Assembly: GCF_009914755.1 (NCBI RefSeq)
Contig: NC_060926.1
Strand: one strand, 5' to 3'
Source: the human T2T-CHM13v2.0 reference genome, Homo sapiens
Length of the DNA stretch: 64,000 nucleotides
The position numbers and the translations under genes were made by a program. The notes below the pieces were generated by a model that worked only from the letters and a program-made list of their open reading frames with translations, searched no databases and was not told where the DNA came from. The stretch's first letter is position 1, and each line of letters opens with the position of its first letter. Positions 56,125-64,000 of this stretch are shown one piece after another.

Positions 56125-57079
56125 GGAGAGGAAGGGAAACCCCAAGTCCAGCTGCTTCCAGCCATCATGTCCCACTTAAAGGAGGGAGTCTGAGAAACGC
56201 TGGTGAAGTTCACAGCCCAGAGGCACAGGCTGACTACAAGACTGAGACTGTCCTAGCTAATGCAATATGAAGAAATATAAGGCATACTGATTAGAAAGGA
56301 AGAAATAAAACTCCCTTTGCTCGCAGATGGTATCACTGTCTAGGTAGGAAATCCAAAAGAATCAACAAAGAAAAGCTCCTGGAACTAACAAGCAATCATG
56401 GCAAGTTTGCAGGATACAGGGTTAATACACAAAAGTTAATCACTTTCCTATATACCAGAAACACAGCAAGTGATATTTGAAATTCAAAACACAAAACCAT
56501 ATACATTTGCACCCCCAAAAATGAAATGCTTAGGTATGAATCTAACAAAATATGCATAAGATCTACAAGAAAACTACAAAACTCTGATGAAACAAATCAA
56601 AAACTAAACAAATGGAGAGAAATTCCAAGTTCATGAATAGGAAGACTCAGTAGTGTTAAGATGTCCATTTTTCCAAACTTAATCTATAGGTTCAGTACAA
56701 TCCAATTCAAAGTTCCAGCTAGTTATTTTGCACATATCAGCAAACTGACTGTGAAGTTTATCTGGAGAGGCACAAGACCCAGAATACCCAACACAATATT
56801 GAAGAAGAACAAAGTTGAAGAACCGACACTACCTGACTTCAAGACTTACTATCATGCTATAGTAGTCAAGACTGAGACACTGGTGAAATAGTAGAAAAAT
56901 AGATCAACTGATCTTTGACAAAGGACCAAAGGCAATACAATGAAAAAAAGGTATTCTTTGTTTGTGTTAGAGTGATTTTGATCTCCAGCATTTTCTTTTG
57001 ACTCTCTCTGAGCTTCCCTCTCTCTGCTTATATTACCCATCTGTTCTTGCATGTTGTCTACTTTTTCCATAGAGCCCTT

Positions 57080-57163
57080 TGTATTAGTCCGTTCTTATGC
57101 TGCTATAAACAACTGCCCAAGACTGGGTAATTTATAAAGGAAAGAAGTTTAATTGACTCACAA
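57080..57163 (-). mobile_element. THE1/MST LTR terminal fragment
   Basis: tgtattagtccgttcttatgctgctataaac...gactgggtaatttataaaggaaagaagtttaattgactcaca. Confidence 0.85.
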
Positions 57164-58106
57164 TTGTGAAGGAAGAATCAGCAAGCTTGAAGACATGTCC
57201 ATGGGGAGCAGGGATTGGGGGAGAACAAAATAGCCCTGAACTGTGGAACAATTATAAAAGATGTAACATATGTATAAATGGTATAACAGAAGTAGAAGAG
57301 AAAAAAGTGAATAAATATTTGAAATACTGTCCACAAATTTTCCAAAATTAATGACAGACACCACACAGATCCAGGAAACTGAGAGAACACCAAGCAGGAT
57401 AAATGCCAAAATATCTGTACCTAGGCATATCATATTAAAACTGCAGAAAGCAAAAGACAGAAAACCTTGAAAAAGGCCAAAGGAAAAAATGCACCTAACC
57501 TATAGAAGAAAAAAGAAAAAGAATTACATCAGACCGTTCCTCAGAAACTATACAAGCAAGCAAGAAAAAAAAAACTACCAACCTAGCAATCTGTATCCAG
57601 CAGAATTATCCCTTAAAAGTGAAGAAGAAATAAAGACTTTCTCAGACAAACAAAAATGAAAAGAATTTGTCGCCCGTAGACTGACCTACCTTGCAAATAA
57701 ATGTTTACAGAAGTTCTTCAAATGAAAAAGAAAATTATATAGGTCTGAATCTCAGATCTAAGTAAAGTGGAAAGAGAGAACAGAAATAAGAAGAAAACTA
57801 AAATCTTTTATTTCTTTGTTCTTCATTGATCTAATCGATAACTGTTTATTCAAAGTAATGTCAGTAACAATGTATTAGGTGATTATAACATATGGAGAAT
57901 AAAATAAATAACAGCAACATTGTAAGAGATGGGAGGGAGGAATTGGGAACACTCAGTTATTGGGTAAATGTATACTGTAAACTCTGAGGCAACCACTAAA
58001 TTTTTTTTTAATGATAAGCTAAGAGGAGAGAAAGCAGAATCATATAAAATGTTCAATTAAAACCAGACAAGGCAGAAAAAGAGGGGAATATTTAAAAACA
58101 ACAATA

Positions 58107-58413
58107 GGCCGGGCACGGTGGCTCACATCTGTAATCCCAGCACTTTGGGAGGCCGAGGAGGGTGGATTACGAGGTCAGGAGATCGAGACCATCCTGGCTA
58201 ACACAGTGAAACCCCATCTCTACTAAAAATACGAAAAAATTAGCTGGGCGTGGTGGCAGGTGCCTGTAGTCCCAGCTACTCAGGAGGTTGAGGCAGGAGA
58301 ATGGCATGAACCTAGGAGGTGGAGCTTGCAGTGAGCCAAGATCGTGCCACTGCACTTCAGCCTGGGCAACAGAGTGAGACTCTGTCTCAAAAAAAAAAAA
58401 AAAAAAAAAAAAA
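58107..58413 (+). mobile_element. AluY-like
   Basis: gagatcgagaccatcctggctaacac and ggagcttgcag; long A tail; AACAATA on both flanks. Confidence 0.95.
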
Positions 58414-58673
58414 ACAATAACAAAGAACAAGCACAACAAATAGAAAACAGTCCCAAATATGGTAGACATTAATTCAACTGTATTAATAACCAATTTAAAC
58501 ATGAATGATCTAAATATACCATTAACAGAAAGAAACCATCGAAATGGATTAAAAAAACTAACTATAATACATGTCATCTACAAGAAGCCCTCTCTAAATA
58601 AAAAGACACAAATAGGTTAAATGTAAATGAATGGAGAAAGATATACCATATTAACACAAATCAAAAAAATGCT

Positions 58674-59095
<422 letters not shown>

Positions 59096-59809
59096 GGAGC
59101 TATCTTAATTTTAAAAACAGCAAAATCATCAGAGATAAAGGGGGACATTATATAATAATAAATGGGTCAATCTTCCAAGGGAACATAACAATCTTAAACA
59201 CATATTTATCTAACAGCTGAGCATCAAAATATGTGAGGCTAACACTGATAGAACTGCAAAGAAAGATAGACAAATCCACTATTACAGTTGGCAATTTCAA
59301 TACTAACAGTAATTGACATCCAGCAAGCAGAAAATCAGTAAAGATATAGTTGATCTGAATAATACCATCAATCAACTGTTCTTATTGGCATTCATAGATT
59401 ACTTCATTCAACAACAATGGAATACCCATTCTTCTCAAGCTCACATGAAACATTCACCAAGACAGATAACATTCTGGACCATAAAACAAGTCTCAATATA
59501 TTTACGAAGACTCAAATTATACAAAGTTTATTCTCTGACTACACCAGAAATAAATTAGAAACAAATAAAAAAATCTAGAAAAATCCTCAAATAATTGGAA
59601 ACTAACAAATATCTAAAAACAAAACAAAACATCCACACAAGTCAAAGATAAAATTAAAAAGTAAATTAATTAGAATGTATTTAAAATGAAATGAAAATAA
59701 AAAGTATATCGAAATTATCAAAAGTTGTGTGAAGCCACTAAAGCAGTACTCTGGGGAAAATTTACAGCACTAAACCCCCGTACTAAGGAAAGAAAAACAA
59801 CACTCTGCG

Positions 59810-60405
<596 letters not shown>

Positions 60406-61025
60406 GACAAAGAAAGAACTCAAATCAGTGACTTCAGCTTCCAACTAGGGAACTTAGAAAAAAGAGCAAATTAAAACATGTAAAAGAAGACAAATTATAA
60501 ATGTCAGAGCAGAATCCAATGAAACAAAAAATAGAAAAAGAGAAAAATCAATGAAACCTAAAGTTTTTTGAGAGGATCAATACAATTGATAAGCCTCTAT
60601 CCAGACTCAGGAAAGGGAGAAAAAACACAAATTATCAGTATCAGGAATGAGAGAAGACAGCACTACATACTCTACAGATATTAAAAGGATAATAGAAAAT
60701 ATTCCAAATATTTTTATGGCAATAAATTTGACAACTCAAATGAAATGGACAAATGCCTTGAGAGAAACAAACAAATAATGCTCATTCAAGAAAAAATGGG
60801 TTACCTGAATAGCCCTACATCTAGTAAAGAAGTTGAACTCACAGTTAAAAACCTTCCCACAAAGAAAACTACAAGGCCAGATGGCTTCACTGGTGAATCT
60901 CCAAACATAAGGAAAGAATAATACTATCTACACATACTCTTCCAAGAAACTGAACAGGAGGGACTACTTTCCAGCTCATTTTATGAGATCAGAATTACTC
61001 TGATATGAAATCCAAACTAAAACAT

Positions 61026-63820
61026 TGATATAGTTTGGCAATATGTCCCCAACCAAATCTCATGTTAAATCGTAATTCTCAGTGTTGGAGATGGGGCCTG
61101 GTGGGAGGTGACTGGATCACGGGAATGGATTTCTCATGAATGGTTCAGCGCCACTCCCTTGGTGCTGTCTTCACCACAGTGAGTGACTTCTCACAAGATC
61201 TGGCTATTTAAAACTGGGTGGCACTTCATTCTCTCTCTTGTTCCCATTCCTGTTATGTGAGATGCCTGCTCCCACTTTGCCTTCTGCCATGACTGTAAGC
61301 TTCCTGAGGCCTCTCTAGAAGCAGATGGTGGTGCCAGGAAGCAGATGTTTCCTGTACAGCCTGAAGAACTGAGATGCAATTAAACCTTTTTCTTATAATT
61401 TACTTCTAAATTACACAGTAACTTCTTGTGAGATCTGGTCATTTAAAACAGTGTGGCACCTTGCTCTCTCTTTCATTCCCACTCCTGTTATGTAAGATGC
61501 CTGCTCCCTCTTTGCCTTCTGCCATGACTGTAAGCTTCCTGAGGCCTCCCCAGAAGCAGATGGTGGTGACAGGAAGCACATGCTTCCTGTAGAGCCTGCA
61601 GATTATAAATTTTCTTATAAATTACACAGTCTCAGATATTTCTTTATAGCAATGCAAGAACAACCTAATACAGAAAAAATGGTACCAAGGAGTGGGGCAT
61701 TGCTATAAAGATACCTGAAAATATGGAAGCAGCTTTGGAATTGAGTAACACGCAGAGACTAGAAGTGTGTAGAAGGCTCAGAAGGAGACAGGAAGATGAG
61801 GGAAAGTTTGGAACTTTTTAGAGACTGGTTAACTCATTGTGACCAAAATGCTGATAGTCATACAGACAATAAAGTCCAGGCTAATGAGGTCTCAGATGGA
61901 AATGAGGAATTTATCGGGAACTGGAACAAACATCACACGTTTGCCTCAGCAAAGAACTTGGCTGCATTCTGTACATGCCCTAGGGATCTGTGGAAGTTTG
62001 AACTTGAGAGTGATGCCTAGGGTATATGGTAGAAGAAATTTCTAAGCACCAAAGTGTTCAAGATGTTTCCTGCCTGTTTCTAACAGCCTATGCGCAGATG
62101 CAAGGGCAAAGGAATGACCTGAAGTTGGAACTTATATTTAAAAGGGAAGCAGAGCAGAAAAGTTTGGAAAATTTGCAACTTGGCCACATGGCAAAGAAAG
62201 AAAAAGTTTTTGAGAGAGGATTTCAAGCAGGCTTGTAGAGCAACGACTTCCTAGAGAAATTCACATAACTACAAAGAAGCCAAGGGCTGACAGCCAAGAC
62301 AATGGGGAAAAAACCTCAAAGGCATTTCAGAGACCTCTTCCTAGAGAAATCTGCATAACTTCAAACATAGCCAAGGCAATGGGGAAAAAACCTCAGAGGC
62401 ATTTCAGAGACCTTTCAGCAGCCCCTCCCATCACAGAGCCAGAGGTCTAAAAGGAGAGAATGGTTTCATGGGTCAGGCCCAGAGCCCCTCTGCCCTACAG
62501 AGCCTCAGGACACTGCTCCCTGCATCCCAGCTGCTCGGGTTCTGCTAGGGTTCTGGCCTCAGATCAAAAGGGCCCAGGTACAGCTTGGGCCACAGCTCCA
62601 GAGGGTGCAAGCCATGAGCCTTTGTGGCTTCCATGTGTTATTAAGCCTGTGAGTGCACAGAGTGCAAGGGTTGAGGCTTGGGATTCTCCACCTAGATTTC
62701 AGAGAATGTATGGAAAAGCCTGGGTGTCTAGGCAGAAGTCTGTTGCAGGGTAGAAACCCTCATGGAGAACCTCTACTATGACAGTGCAGAGGGGAAATGT
62801 GGGATTGAAGCCCCCTCACAAAGTCCCCACTGGGGCACTGCCTAGGAGCTGTGGGAAGAGAACCACCATCCTGCAGACCCAAGAATGATAGATTCACTGG
62901 CAGCTTGCACCCTGCACCTGCAAAAGCTATAGGCACTCAAAGCCATCCCATGAGAGCAACCTCAGGAGCCCCTGCAAAGCCACAGGGACAGAGCTGCCTA
63001 AGGCCTTGGGAGCCCATTCCTTGCACCAGTGTGCCCTAGATGTGGGACATGGAGTCAAAGGGTATTATTTTGGAGCTTTAAGATTTAGTGGCTGCCCTGC
63101 TGAGTTTTGAACTTTCATGGGTCCTGTAGCTCCTTTCTTTTGACCAATTTCCCCCTTTTGGAATGAGAATATTTACCTAATGCCTTTACCCGCTTTGTAT
63201 CTTGGGAGTAACTAACTTGTTTTGATTTTGCAGGCTCATAGGTAAAAGGAGATGAGTATCAGATGAGACTTTGGACTTGAACTTGGGACTTTTAAGTTAA
63301 TGCTAGAGGAAGTTAAGACTTTGGGGGACTATTGGGAAGAGATTATTGTATTTTGAAATTCAAGAAGGGCATGAGATTTGGGAGGGGCCGGGGCAGAATA
63401 ATACAGTTTAGATTTGTGTCTCCACCCAAATTTCATATTGAAATGTAATCCCCAGTATTGAAAGTGGGACCTGGTGGGAGGTGACTGGATCATGAGGGTG
63501 GATTTCTCATGAATAGCTTAGCACTATCTTCTTGGTGCTATCCTCACTACAGTGAGTAACTTCTTGTGAGATCTGGTCATTTAAAACAGTGTGGCACCTT
63601 GCTCTCTCTTTCATTCCCACTCCTGTTATGTGAGAAGCCTGCTCCCTCTTTGCCTCCTGCCATGTAAGCTTCCTGAGGCCTCCCCAGAAGCAGATGGTGG
63701 TGACAGGAAGCACATGCTTCCTGTAGAGCCTGCAGAACTGTGGGCCAATTAAATCTCTTTTCTTATAAATTACACAGTTTCAGGTATTTATTTATAGCAA
63801 AGCAAGAATGGCCTCATACA
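61026..63820 (+). mobile_element. Complete MST-type MaLR provirus: 5'LTR 61026-61672, internal region ~61673-63398, 3'LTR ~63399-63820
   Basis: Two direct LTRs; MaLR internal start gaaaaaatggtaccaaggagtggggcattgctataaagatacc; PPT-like ggaggggccggggcagaa before the 3'LTR; 5-bp TSD AACAT/GACAT. Confidence 0.93.
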
Positions 63821-63910
63821 GACATTAAAAGAAAAAAGAAAGAAAATATTGCGTCTATTAGTAGTGAATATAATGATACTTCTTTTCCAGGTAATCCAGG
63901 GCTCCCTTAC

Positions 63911-64000
63911 CTTTTCTTCATAATTTGGTAGTTTATCTTTGCATATGGTTATGATGTCCATCCAGGAGTAGTTCCTCTCTCTTCGGATCTTTTCTAATTC
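63911..64000 (-). CDS. ADI1: ADI1 exon 2, partial ([30 protein letters not shown]); continues beyond the window
   Basis: Reverse complement gives 30 open codons ending at donor AAG|gtaagg; phase 0; matches recalled human ADI1 residues 51-80. Confidence 0.96.

Noticed and set aside
61673-63398. Possible coding gag-like ORF in the MaLR internal region
   Set aside because: Broken into fragments under 100 aa by stops and frameshifts
61100-63495. DUX4 sites in the MST LTRs
   Set aside because: The corresponding positions read TGACTGGATCA, a poor match to the DUX4 consensus

Overview
Primate (human-like) genomic DNA, recognisable from the encoded proteins as the TRAPPC12-ADI1 locus (2p25.3 in human). 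The + strand carries the last six coding exons of TRAPPC12 (TTC15/TRAMM, TPR-repeat C-terminus): 7673-7745, 10315-10388, 15647-15745, 27745-27845, 28896-28983 and 29269-29511. All have GT-AG boundaries with consistent phases, and an AATAAA follows at 29598. The - strand carries the convergent ADI1 (acireductone dioxygenase, methionine salvage): part of exon 2 (63911-64000), exon 3 (50868-51047), exon 4 CDS (49017-49136) and a ~1 kb 3'UTR with three poly(A) hexamers. The rest is intron and intergenic DNA holding about 19 Alu-family elements, MIRs, old L1 pieces, hAT MERs, MaLR/ERV LTRs, one complete MST-type MaLR provirus and many minisatellites. Almost all ORFs in the supplied track are spurious. 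I find no evidence of a novel multi-gene system, CRISPR array or RNA gene. The best leads are a young LTR-to-LTR templated copy inside the old provirus, minisatellites that act as arrays of regulatory motifs (kB, E-box/FOX/SOX, RBFOX/UG, splice sites, G4), an Alu-bracketed stop-free symmetric ADI1 exon 3, and an L1/THE1 micro-inversion. Repeat subfamily names are by-eye recognition and their boundaries are approximate.
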